This document shows positions 1 to 12,259 of a stretch of DNA of 64,000 nt, piece by piece. The translations under genes were made by a program, and so were the position numbers. Position 1 is the stretch's first letter; each line of letters begins with the position of its first letter. The notes below the pieces were generated by a model. That model saw nothing but the letters and a program-made list of their open reading frames with translations, searched no databases and was not told where the DNA came from. Source of the DNA: the human T2T-CHM13v2.0 reference genome, Homo sapiens; NCBI RefSeq assembly GCF_009914755.1, contig NC_060926.1; one strand, given 5' to 3'.

Positions 1-362
1 AGCAGCTTACTGATGTATAAAGACAAAATTCGAAAAAAACAAAAAACAAAAAAAAACAACTATTAAAGGACCCCAGTGGAGAATAACCACATGCTTAAGT
101 TATTGTGTGATCTAGATATGGGGAAGTGTGGACAAATTTGAGAAAGGGAAGTTGCCCAGGCAGCATTTTTTTTTTCCTAAAATATGCCCTTTGATATGTG
201 GCTGGTGGGTTCAGTGGTTAGTGTACAGTGTGTACTGTGTTTGAGTCCTATGTAGACCAAGCTGCTTTTCTGTATCAAGACCAAACTTGGACAAACTCTC
301 CATGAGTGCACATGGTCAGGATCTGTGTTCAGCAAAATTTTGTTGTCAGTAAGACTGGCCAT

Positions 363-734
363 TGCCTAAGTCCATTTGGGCTGCCATAATAAAATATCTT
401 TGACCAGGCGATTTATAAACAACAGAAGTTTATTGCTCACAGTTCCGGAATCTGGTAGGTTCAAAATTAAGGGACCAGCAGATTTGTTGTCTGATGAGGG
501 CTCATTCTCTGCTTCATAGATAGTGTCTTCTGGCTGTGTTTTCATATGGTGGAAGGAGTGAACAAGCTCCCTCAGGCCTCTTTTACATGGGCACTAATAC
601 CATTCATGAGGTCTCTGCCTTTATGACCTAATCATCTTCCAAAAGCCTGACCTCCCAAAACCACTGCACCAAGAATTATGTTTCAACATATGAATCTGAT
701 GATGGGGGTGAGCACAAATATTCAGGCCATAGCA
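363..734 (-). mobile_element. MaLR solo LTR, MLT1A-like
   Basis: TG...CA ends. Recognisable MLT1A antisense text (tttattgctcacagttc, cagcagatttg..tctgatgagggc, tttcaacatatgaat). 5-bp TSD GCCAT/GCTAT with 1 mismatch. Confidence 0.88.
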
Positions 735-1341
735 GCTATCGTATCTCATAAGATTATAATACCCTATTTTTACTGTCCCCTCTCCTTTAACTTCCCTTTG
801 AGGTGTTTCTTCATTTGGTGTCACAAGAAACAGATCCACTCACCTATTGGGGAGGACTCATTACAGGGGATTCTGAGGTCACTGTCTGAATCTGAAATAG
901 TAGTGTTATTGTTCAGTGCACATTGAGGACAATTAAAAAGAAGCACATAAGACAAAATAGAGGGGTAAAGCTGGTTGTAGGAGAGCTTACGTCACCATTT
1001 ACAGTTTGTGTACTGCTTATTCCCTTATGATTGGACTAGCCTTGAATATATTACTTCACTCTTCTTCTTATGTTCTTTCTCATTTTGTAACAGCAAACAT
1101 AAACCCTGAGCTTTATGTTAGTCATTCATACCTTTTATGCATGCATTTTAGATTCAAATGCCCAGCCCTATTTTCTAAGAGTAGATAGACATTATTTCTT
1201 CCTTGATATCCAATGGATGACAGAGAATTATTTTTTAAAGGTAGCTTCTCCCTTTCGTAAACAAATAGATTTTTCCATGTCACAATTACCTGAGGAATCA
1301 GATGGGCAAGTGTGTATAATAGAAATGAAACTCTTTTTTCC

Positions 1342-2095
1342 TGTCTGTGAAATTCATGCCAGTACTACACTCTATACTTCATTTCTGACATCAGATATGG
1401 AGTATTTTTCATACCAGGTATTTCTTCAGTTTCCTGCAATTAAACTCAATTCTGGTGCTAGCTAACTGGTGACAACATCAGATCCTGTAGGTTAAGGGCT
1501 CCGTCTGAAAAGGCTGCCCCTATTTCAGATGCCAGTTCCAAGTCCAGTGCTGTCTGATTGACTGTCTATCAGAGGTCCACATAATCTTCTCCCCAGGTTT
1601 AATAATTGTTAGAATGGCTCACATCACGCAAGAAAAGTTTACTTACCAGATTACTGGTTTATTATAAAAGGATACAACTCAGGAACAGCCAGATGGAAGA
1701 GATGCCAAGGCAAGATATGAGGGATGGGTGCAGAGCTGTCATGCCCTCTCTAGGTGCACCATCCTCCCAGCACCTCTAAGTGTTCAGCAACCTGGCAGCT
1801 CCCTGAACTCCATCCTTTGGGTTTTATGGAGGTCTCATTACATAGGCATGATAGGTTAAATCCCTGGCCATTGGTGATGGGGCAGGGGATTGAAAGTTCC
1901 AACCCTCTAATCAAATGTGTTCAAATACTTGATTCCCATGGCAACCAGTCTCTATCCTTAGAGACCTTCCAAAAGTTACTCATTAACATAAACTCAGGTA
2001 AGGATGAAAGGGACTTATTATAAACAGCAAAAGACACTCCTTTCACTTTTATTGTTTGTATTACTTAGGAAATTCTGGGCGCTTTAGGGGTTCTC
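1342..2095 (-). mobile_element. MER21-family LTR; terminal remnant probably at ~2594-2622, beyond the Tigger and FLAM insertions
   Basis: MER21 motifs tttattataaaaggatacaactcaggaacagccagatggaagagatg, ttcattacataggcatg-like and aaagacactcc. Confidence 0.8.
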
Positions 2096-2096
2096 T

Positions 2097-2418
2097 ATAT
2101 AATGTTTTGGCCAATGAGGGACTCCATATATGATAGCGGTGGTCCTATAAGATTACAATACCCTATTTTTACTGTATCTTTTTATTTTTAGATATAAAAG
2201 TACTACTGTTTTACAACTGCCTACAATTTTCAGTTGAATAACATGCTAGACATGTTTGTAGCCTACAAGCAGTAGGCTACACCATAGAGCCTAGGCAAGT
2301 AGTAGGCTGTACCATCTAGGTTTGTGTAAGTACACTCTATGATGTTCACACAAAAACAAAATAACCTAACAACAGATTTCTTAGAACTTATTCCCCATTG
2401 TTAAGCAATGCATGCCTG
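2097..2418 (+). mobile_element. Tigger3a (MER7A) DNA transposon, 5' TIR missing
   Basis: ggtggtcctataagattacaatac ... ccatctaggtttgtgtaagtacactctatgatgttc ... catgcctg followed by TA. Confidence 0.88.
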
Positions 2419-2443
2419 TATATATTTCTTTGTCTCTCTCTCT

Positions 2444-2593
2444 CTTTTTTTTTCTTTGTTTTTTTTTTTTTTTTTTAAGAGATAGAGTCTTGCTTTGTTG
2501 TTCAGGCTGGTCTTGAACTCCTGGCCTCAAGCAATCTTCCTGCCTTGGTCTCCCAAAGTGGTAGGATTGTAGGTGTAAGCCACTGCACTGGTC
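2444..2593 (-). mobile_element. FLAM / free left Alu monomer
   Basis: Poly-T, then gagatagagtcttgctttgttg..caggctggtcttgaactcctggcctcaagcaatc..cccaaagtg. Monomer length. Confidence 0.88.
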
Positions 2594-2859
2594 TATATTC
2601 ATTATTATAAATCAGTATTACAATAATCAACATTGTGGGTGTTTTTTCATCATCACTTTCTATGCCCTCATGTCTCTGGATTCATCTAGGAATCCAGGTG
2701 TAAGCCAAACAGTTTGTGGCATTTATCAGTTTCTCATCAAACAAATGAGAACCTGTTCCCATTTGAAAAAGCAGGCGGAAAAGGGAAAGTTTTCTGGGCC
2801 ATGATGAAAAGTGTTCTCTTTCTTCAGAGAAAGCCACAAGAAGAGATGTTTTCACTCTT

Positions 2860-3120
2860 CTCCTGGGCATTGTCATGTGGCCACAAGGCTTGGAACCACT
2901 GCAGCTATTTTGTTGTTATCCAGAGGAAGATGAAGCTCACATAAGGAAATCACAGAGAATTCCAGGGATCCAAAACTGGAGCTACTAGGTAGAGTTCATT
3001 CCCAAAGCTTGCTCTACCTTTGTACTTTTTATTCTGTCAGCCAATAAAGATTCTCATTCTTTATGCTAGGTTGAATTGGACATTATCTTACTTTTAGCCA
3101 AATTCCTCTCAGTTAACACA
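2860..3120 (+). mobile_element. Old MaLR LTR fragment (MLT1I/J/K class)
   Basis: ggaaccactgcagctattttg, gccaataaa and a 3' end (..ttaacaca) typical of MLT1. Diverged. Confidence 0.55.
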
Positions 3121-3161
3121 GTGCAGAAGCAGACGTAGAATGATTGTGTTCCTGGTGTTTG

Positions 3162-3485
3162 TTTTGTTTTGTTTTGTTTTGTTTTTATGGGCCAGAATCT
3201 CGCTCTGTCGTCCAGGCTGGAGTGCAGTGGTATGATCTCGGCTCACTGAAACCTCCATCTCCCAGGTTCAAGTGATTCTCCTGCCTCGGCCTCCCAAGTA
3301 GCTGGGATGACAGGCATGCACTACCATCCCCCGCTAATTTTTTTGTATTTTTAGTAGAGACAGGGTTTCACCATGTTGGCCAGGCTGGTCTCTTGATCTC
3401 AGTCTGAAGTCCTGACCTCAGGTGATCCACCCTCCTCAGTCTCCCAGAGTATTATGATTACAGGTGTGAGCCACCACACCCGGCC
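3162..3485 (-). mobile_element. AluS, full length, with (GTTTT)n tail and a ~13-nt internal insertion
   Basis: Dimeric Alu. Perfect 15-bp TSD TGTTCCTGGTGTTTG at 3147-3161 and 3486-3500. Confidence 0.96.
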
Positions 3486-3654
3486 TGTTCCTGGTGTTTG
3501 AATCCATTCTGATCATCCAGCTCAGTCACAGTGGTTCAGAGCGTCACCTCTGAGACTGCCTGTGATGGTACGGCATTCATACATACATGCCTCAGGTCAT
3601 CTTCCCACTGATCAGGCAAGGCACTGTCCTTCTTAGGCAATTTCTACTGTCCAG

Positions 3655-4570
3655 TGTAAACCAAATATAAAATTATAAGTTTCTCAATCAGCTGGGTGGA
3701 CCCCTCTTCAGGTCCCAGAGAACCCAAAGAAAACTTGAGAAACTATTTTAGGCAATGATGGGAAGGAGGGGTCAGACATGTTTCATTATACTTTCCTCCT
3801 GTTGGAGGTTAGACACAATTGACCAACATTAACATTAAAAGAGAGACCTTAAGAATGACAAAAGAGGCTCTTTGTGGCAATAAGATCCCAAATTCCAACC
3901 TGACACTGGTATAGCATCACATGACAGACAGCAGGCCCCGCAGGAAATCAAAGTATTTTACCCCAAAATATATTTCTTTGACATATTTTAGAAAGGCCCT
4001 GCACAGCTGTCTCTTATGGAAGAAATTTGCATTCTGTAGAGAATCTCCTTCCCTTACTAGTTTTTTTTCCAGAGAGTCTGGCACCTTTTAAAGGTCTAAA
4101 TAGAAATCATCTGCCATCTATTGCCTCTAAGGGTGGCCACCTATGAGATTTTATCTACATAATAAGACCCTTGGTCTCCACAACCCCTTATCTTAAGCCA
4201 GACAGTCATTTCTATCAATTCCAGGTCTTTAGATAATAACTTAACTCTTTCAACCAATTGCAAATCTTGGCAAGAAAATCTTTGACTCTACCTGTGAACT
4301 GTAAGCCCTCACTTCAAGTTGTCCTACCTTTCTGGACCAAACCAATGTATACGTCACATGTATTGATTAACATCGTAAGTCTCTCTAAAACATGTAAAAC
4401 CAAGCTGTAACCCAACCACTTTGCCACATGTTCCCAGGACCTCCTGAGGCTATGTTACAGGTCATCGTCCTCATATTTGACTTGGAATAAATCTCTTCAA
4501 ATATTTTACAGAATTTGGGTTTTGTTTGTTTGTTTGTTTGTTTGTTTTTTTTTTTTTTTTTTTGTTAACA
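3655..4570 (+). mobile_element. MER4D-like ERV1 solo LTR
   Basis: Starts TGTAAACCAAA and ends AACA. Internal aagtattttaccccaaaatatatttctttgacatatttt. AATAAA at 4486. 4-bp TSD CCAG/CTAG. (GTTT)n/T expansion near the 3' end. Confidence 0.9.
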
Positions 4571-4599
4571 CTAGTTTTGGCAGCTCTACTTAGAAATTG

Positions 4600-5010
4600 T
4601 AACCTCTTTCCCCACCCTTCTCCTTCTTCATCTCCCATACCCAGTCCTGACTTGGGCCAGGAGTGAGTGGCTGACTTAGAGGTAATCTGGGCTGAGCAAT
4701 CAGATTATCTGATTGTGAATCTGATACAGAAATTATCAGTGAGCATGTTAACTGGAATGTTGGATGGATTGCAAGCTTGGAGTGGCCATTTTTGTGCCAT
4801 GTGCAGAGTAAAGAAAACTTCTGGGCAGAAACAAAGTGGGACACAGTCTTGGAGTCCAAAGCATCCCGGAAAGCCAGACCTTCTGCCCTTGGTTCAGGTC
4901 TCACATGAGGAATGGCCCCTACCTTCCTGCCCTTGAGTTCCAATGTCACTTCGTTAGATAGCTTGGGATGGCTTCTACTTCCTATAACCAAACAACCTTG
5001 ACTGACCCAA
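4600..5010 (+). mobile_element. Ancient MaLR LTR fragment (MLT1M/N class)
   Basis: ggccatttttgtgccatgtg and a 3' end (cttcctataaccaaacaaccttgactgac) typical of late MLT1. Highly diverged. Confidence 0.45.
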
Positions 5011-6203
5011 AAAGGGGTCGTGTTCATCTCAACTTACACATGATGCAATCAAAGATGAGAAAGGTTCACCAAAGCTGATTTGTAGCCAGCTGGGATTCAG
5101 CCTAGTTTTTCTAACTTTATCATGTTTATTTTTTCCATTTCACTTGCTGGTTAAGTGACCAAGAAAGATCAATTCATCTACTTTATTCCTAAAATATTCT
5201 GTGACTGTTGCCTGTCAGATATCAGAGAAAAGAGAATTACTCTTTAGTTGCTTCGTGACATCCTTGATGGATTATGAACTGCCACCCTGAAAATTCAGTA
5301 GGAACCTGGGTAATGGTAACTGTAGGTCTGCATACCTAAGTAATAAAATACAGAGTATCTTCTTTAAATTATTGAGGACTCTGGCCTTGGTAGTGTTGCA
5401 AAAATTGTGAATTATTGTGAAATAAATGTCTGCTGAGGTGCACAGCAGAGTGCTCTTCCACAAAGTTGCCCATGTGAGAAGCAATCCCACCGAAAAAGAG
5501 CAGATGCCCCCTGGAAGTGTCGATTTGAGACTCATTTGAAGACACTACTTGTTTTCTCTGTCATGGCATTTTAATACTTATGGCCTGTCTCTTCTACATG
5601 CAAAGCTTCTAAACCTTCCATCTTATCTCAATTGCAGCTGCTCTGGAGAATAACTGCCCTCTTTTGTGGCATTCCCCCTTCTATCAGTCCCCCAAATTAA
5701 TTTTAGCATATGACACATAGCCTCCAAATTTAATGAAAATCCACTCAGCCATTATCTGTGATGTGACAGACAGACTAAAACTTAATTATATTGACATGGA
5801 TTTGAGGTAATGCTATCATATTTTGCTAGAAAAGGCATCTCTTTATGAGTGATGACAATTAGCAGTCAGATTTTGGAAACACAGCCATGGAGAAATATCT
5901 GCACAGCAAAATATCATCCATACCTTTAGGACACCCACTAAGTTAGGGATTGAATGCCATATTCATTCACTCAGGCAATCCCACCTAGACTTTGGGTTAA
6001 TAGCTTTGAAGAAGTATTTCATTACATGTCAGAACAAGGAAAGATTTCTCATAATATTAAGTGTTGTCCTTGTAGGAGGCTATATCTAGTTCTTTTGGTC
6101 TTCAAAGTACTATAGAAGTGGTAAATAAAATATGTGTTAGCTAGTATCACTACTTTGACTAAGTAGATTTTTACAATCTTCCTGCACCCTCATGCCCAAA
6201 TAA

Positions 6204-6497
<294 letters not shown>

Positions 6498-6971
6498 TAA
6501 GGGAAATATTGCATATAGAGGAAGCACAAATGTTAGAAGGTATTAATCTTCGTAGAACCTTTCCCCCACCCTAACACCTCTAATTCTTTTTGGTGGCTTC
6601 TAGGAAAAGTGCTTTAGTTAATATTTCACTAATCTTTCATTATACTCTTATAATCTTCCTTTGGGAAGGGTTCTTTTACTCATGACCTCTCAAAGGTAAA
6701 GCAGGGATCTTGTCATTTTGAATGCTGGATTGATGCTATCAAGAGTTTTTCGGCTGATAAAGTCTTACAGAAGAGATTACCACAGGCAAAGTCTCAGGCA
6801 AGAGGGTGAGGAATGGATGATAGGAGTTGAATTGGAGGATACTGCTGCAGTTGAGAGGAGCAGGATTGAGTATGTAGATCAGAGGGGAAATAAAAGGAAT
6901 GAAGAAAGACGACACAGTACTGAGAAATATTATGAAGACAGGGGAATGGTTAATATAATATTTCTTCTATT

Positions 6972-7168
6972 CCAAAAGTTGGCAGATTTTTTTTTTTTTG
7001 GTATGTGCTAGCTTGTAAATATTTTTAGTTTTGTAGGCCAGTTTCAGTCACAACTATTTAACTCAGCCATAAAGATCCATAAACAATAACAAATAAATGG
7101 GTGTGGCTGTGTCTGATAAATATTTACTTACCAAAGAAAGGTGATTGCTGATTTGGCCTGCAGGCTAT
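6972..7168 (+). mobile_element. MER58A (hAT-Charlie)
   Basis: gtaaatatttttagttttgtaggcca..cagtcacaactatttaactc..aaatgggtgtggctgtgt..gatttggcctgcaggc. Confidence 0.8.
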
Positions 7169-7703
7169 CTAATCACTTGTTTATAAAATTTGCACTACAT
7201 TCGTTGATATATGGTATGCCTGATGCCAAACCCAATTCTTATGTTTATTAAAATTTAGAATGAACTAGTATTCTGAAGATTAGTAACTCCCTTTTTAAGC
7301 TTTGTGATTTTTTTCATATTTGTCCATTGTTACTTTAATAATATTTTAAATGTTCAAATATGCATATATGAAAGTAAGTTTGTTTAGTACATAGAGTTAA
7401 GCTTAACACACTTCTTCCCCATAAAAGAGGGATTTCCATAATTAACTCTAGGAACCATAAACCCTGAAAACAACACTGCAATTCTGTGTGAATGGAGAGC
7501 CTGACACTGTACTAAACACTCTAGGAGATTTTTCCAAGTATTCGGGCTGTTTCTGCTCTTGAAGGAACTATCAATCACTGCAAACACTAATAACAGTAGA
7601 TGCCAGTCAAGGCCAAGTGTGGGGCTGCCTGGCTGGTGAGTGGCACAGATACTGACTGAGGAAGTTGTGGGAAGCAGGAGAGAACAAGTGGCTGCTGGCT
7701 CCT

Positions 7704-8620
7704 TTGTGTCAGTTGGGAGAGTCCTTTGGTTGCAGGAAACAGAGACTCACACAGGTTAATTCAGGGAGTGAAAGTTTATTAGAAGAAGATTGGGATCACT
7801 CCCATTTGCCTGAGCCTCATGAAAACCCAGAGGAGCCCTGCCCCCACCTTAGGGGAGAATTACAGACACAGTCCAGTGAAGAATCAAGTACCTGGTGTTA
7901 GTCTCTTGATCACCCCACTTACCTTAGGGTCGCACCATAAATGCACATCAGTGGCTTCCTGTGTTTCTACTGCTTCTCTGATTTTTTCAAAATTTTTATT
8001 TTAAGTTCAGGGGTACGTGAGGTTTGTTACATAAGTAAACTTGTGTCATGGGGGTTTGTTATACAGATTATTTCATCACCCAGGTATGAAGCCCAGTACT
8101 CAATAGTTATTTTGTCTGCTGCTCTCCCTTTTCCCACCCTCCACCCTCCAGTAGACCCCAATGTCTGTTGTTTCCTTCTTTGTGTTCATGAGTTCTTATC
8201 ATTTAGCTCCCACTTATAAGTGAGAACATGCAGTATTTGGTTTTCTGTTCCTGCATTAGTTTGCTAGGGATAATGGCCTCCAGCTCTATCCATGTTCTCT
8301 CAAAAGACATGATCTTGTTCTTTTTTATGGCTGTGTAGTATTCCATGGTTTATATGTACCACATTTTCTTTATCTGGTCTGTCACTGATGGGCATATAGG
8401 TTGATTCCATGTCTGTGCTATTGTGAATAGTACTTCACTGAACATTTGTGTGCAAGTGTCTTTATGGTAGAGTGATTTGTATTCCTCTGAGTATATACCC
8501 ATTAATGGGATTGCTCGTTCGGATGATGGCAATCCCACTTTCTGTATCTTGCACTGAAGTTCTCAAGAGAGTTGACGTTATTGGTCAAATCAGTGCAGTG
8601 CAGTGAGGGAGATGGGTGGT
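7704..8620 (-). mobile_element. Ancient MaLR LTR (MLT1K-N class) interrupted by L1
   Basis: ctttggttgcaggaaacagagactc..tttattagaagaagattggga at the left end. Similar diverged sequence resumes after 8520. Confidence 0.4.
7982..8520 (-). mobile_element. L1PA13-16-like 3' end (ORF2 C-terminus plus 3'UTR)
   Basis: ORF 8350-8538 gives AIPLMGIY..KDTCTQMF..LFTIAQTWNQP.CPS..IKKMWYI (L1 ORF2p C-terminus). Also cccacttataagtgagaacatgcagtatttgg. Confidence 0.95.
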
Positions 8621-8714
8621 CTCTTCCAAAGAGTCATACTGTTACTTAGCCTTTTTTCCATCTTGTGCCTTCTCATTACTTAGTGCCTTGTAGTCCTCCC
8701 TATCCTGCTTGCAA

Positions 8715-8820
8715 ATGAAGACTCAGGCAGCAGTCTGTCACAAGGGATACTGGGAAATGTAATCTACTAGTGTGTGCAGGAGGAAAGGAAAATGGATTCA
8801 GTGAACAACTAGTCAGTCTA
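8715..8820 (-). mobile_element. MLT1J-like LTR fragment
   Basis: ctgggaaatgtaatcta..tgtgtgcaggaggaaaggaaaatggatt..gtgaacaactagtcagtct. Confidence 0.55.
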
Positions 8821-9076
8821 AAAATACAGTAAAGTAGGCCTATAGATTATTGTCTGTTTGCACAAGTGAACTTGAACTTGCTTTTATTTATCTGTCAAAG
8901 AGCCTTATGTCTGTGAAATCACTAGGATAAGTGAAATAGTTTTCCTGGGCTCATTCCCAAAAAGGAAAACATTGTGGCTAATCAGACACAGAGAATCCAC
9001 AATGGTGGTAGGCTTCTCCTCACTATTAAATGTGAGATGGCACCAATTTATAGGCTCCATGGACTTTTTCACTACA

Positions 9077-9166
9077 AAAGAGAAGGAAGCTTTTTCAAAC
9101 CTCTGTTTTAAGAGGGAAAGCAAAGAGAAGGAAGCTTTTTCAAACCTCTGTTTTAAGAGAGAAAGC
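9077..9166. repeat. Tandem duplication, 2 x 45 bp
   Basis: aaagagaaggaagctttttcaaacctctgttttaagag(g/a)gaaagc at 9077-9121 and 9122-9166, 1 mismatch. Confidence 0.97.
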
Positions 9167-9486
9167 AGTAACATATTGAAAGAAATGCACAGTTTTCATT
9201 TGTGTCATCTCAACAGCTGGTACTACCCTGAAATTTCAAGGATCCCTTCCCATTGTCAGTCCATGTAACCTCATCCTTAGATCAGAAAACACAGCCACAA
9301 AGACATGAGTTCAGAATAAGTGTCTTACAAGTCATACAAGAGAAGGAATATTCTATATGATTGAGTCAAGCATATGGAGACACTGGTCCCAGCCCTGCTA
9401 ATATCCAATGTGGTTACCTTGGATATGTTACTAAATGTCTGCATTTTTGCTAAAAAATTGAATAATGTGTTTGTTCAAAATACATA

Positions 9487-9633
9487 CAGTACCCAAATTA
9501 CAATGGTTCAATGCATGATATTTTGACTTTAGGATGGGTTTATCAGGGTATTAAATGTATTTTCAATGTAGAATATTTTCAACTTACGATGGGTGTATTA
9601 GGATGTGTCTCATTGTAAGTTGAGGAGCATCTA
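9487..9633 (-). mobile_element. Short MER47/Tigger5-family DNA transposon derivative
   Basis: ttttcaacttacgatggg..cattgtaagttgaggagcatct is the reverse of the MER47 5' end. Flanked by TA. Confidence 0.75.
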
Positions 9634-11045
9634 TACATAGGTGTAAGGAAACCTAAAGACTGACTGTTGTGTTTTCTCAGTGGTGGTTCTTGGCAATAGT
9701 AGTAGGAGAGGTACTCTTGTTCCTTTTTTGTTACCATTGTTAACTCCAAAATGTGCCAGGCCTTCACAGTGGAAGGGGCTAGTGAGACTGGATGCCAGAG
9801 GAAGCACCTGTGGAACAGACACCTGCATAGCCCTACCCTGGGCAACAAGACTTTAAATACCTCCTCCAACTACAAGGTTCTAAGGATCTGCATTGATGTT
9901 TCATAGGCATGAGTTCTTAAAATTCTGTCCTGAATATGAAACTCAGGATTGGGAAATGAAGCAAGAAAATGAAAGGATTTGCTTTATGAAGACTCTATAT
10001 CCTGGGCAAAGTGGTGGTGGGTTGAGTTGGTCTTCAACCTGCCCTTCATTGAAGGGCTGCCTGGACCCTCTCCTAAGGTGCTCATTCTGGATACCCAGTT
10101 GGTGACAACTCTTCTTGGTCCAGCACCTTCTCTAAGTTGACACTTCTTTTTCTTGCTCCCCCTAGCCACTCCCCTGACGTGTCTCTTAAAGCTACATTTA
10201 GGTATCTGTGCCGTCCAAGGACAAGCTTTAAGGAATGAGCATACCTCATCTAGAGGAAGGAACTGGTAAGACTCCCTCCCCTGGCTCCAGCACTGTTCTG
10301 GACTGTAATAGTGCATTCTCACAAGGAGAATCCAGAAATAAAAGTCCATTTATGACTCTGTGACCTCAAGGAATGACTTTACTCAAGATCATTTGAGGCT
10401 CCAGGGCAAGGGGAATGGCGGCATGGCAGGCAAGGAGGGGCTGACAGCACGTTGTGCAGTCGAGTTCATGTAGCCACTTCCTGCACAGAAAGACTTCCAC
10501 TCTGCAGTTGTAAAGAGCTGGCCTTGACAGGGAGTTGCTGGTTCCCCAGGAGTTAATTGATATAAGAAATAACATTACAAGGAATTAATTAGAAGCCCTT
10601 GAGTCTTGACAAGAGTTTGTTACAGGCTGATGTGCCTTTTTATTATGAAGCTGGGAAAGGGAATGAGGAGGAGAAGTACGGAGGATGTTAACCATGCAGA
10701 TGTGAAAGAGATTTTGTAGACAGCCTGCAGAGAGGCCCCTGCATAATGATAGCTCACTCAGAGAAAATAAGAACATGAAACAGTTCCTGACAAGTCCCAT
10801 AGCTTAACTGGAAGAAAGTGAACCTCTTTGCTTATGAAACATCCTGAAGCTAGCGTAAAAGTTAAAGAGCACTTTGCTCTGAAAGAGAAATAGAGGGATG
10901 GAATGGGGGAAGGGACATAGTCATTAGGGTAAGTAAAGTAAAACTGGCTTCCCCACAGGACATCAACACGGTAGAAACATCCGGAATTGTCTCTAAGTCT
11001 CACTCCTGGGAATTCACGCCACAGGGATAAATCAGATCAATTACT

Positions 11046-11064
11046 ACCGGCCACCTAGTGGCAG
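11046..11064 (-). promoter_or_regulatory. CTCF binding motif
   Basis: Minus strand reads CTGCCACTAGGTGGCCGGT, an exact match to the core CCACYAGRKGGC, in unique sequence. Confidence 0.6.
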
Positions 11065-11622
11065 AATGGGGAACAACATGCTGATCTGTCGGCTGGGAGG
11101 CTTAATATAGTCCGTATTCACAATAGAAGCTAATTGTTATAAAAATGTTAAGAGGGGGCGTAAAATATTTCAGAGCAGGGGAAGATTTTTAGCCTGAAGA
11201 CAACATAATTTTTCACTTAAACAATTCATCCAGCTCAGGATTAGATGAAGTTGAGTATGAGGATAATTGAATATAGTAACCAATTCTACGTCTTCCATCC
11301 ATGTGTGTATTTAAAGATTACAATTATTATGCTATTTTTAAGACGTCTGTTCTAGATAAAGTTCTTCCATGAGATACTACTTTTGATGTACTCTGAAGAG
11401 TGCTCTCATGCTGGGAGAATTTCAGTGCTGAAAATAGCTTTTGGCCTAGAGTTGAGACCTGGGTAACCACCCCCAGCTTAGCTATGCGAAACTTGGGTGA
11501 TTGTCAGAAAGTCATTTACGTATCATGTGGGGATGTTTGTGTATGTGTGTGGGGAGTGTGTTTGTGATTGTATGTAGTGTGTGGGCATATGTATAAATAT
11601 ATTTGTTAAGTTGAAGCAAATA

Positions 11623-12259
<637 letters not shown>

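Noticed and set aside
4590-5027. 145-aa ORF on the - strand
   Set aside because: Lies within a diverged LTR relic and has no protein-like features.
5503-5520. CTCF-like sequences (GCCCCCTGGAA here; GCCTCTAGTGA at ~43930)
   Set aside because: Mismatches at key core positions.
8350-8538. ORF matching the L1 ORF2p C-terminus
   Set aside because: Fragment of a 5'-truncated dead L1, annotated as a mobile element.
9077-9166. Direct repeats as a CRISPR-like array (also 54802-54887, 30233/31733)
   Set aside because: Only two copies each, no unique spacers of regular length, eukaryotic context. I checked +/-1500 bp from the 20-mer pair and found no further copies.
9700-10140. Possible ancient ERVL LTR
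   Set aside because: Could not assign a family or boundaries by eye.
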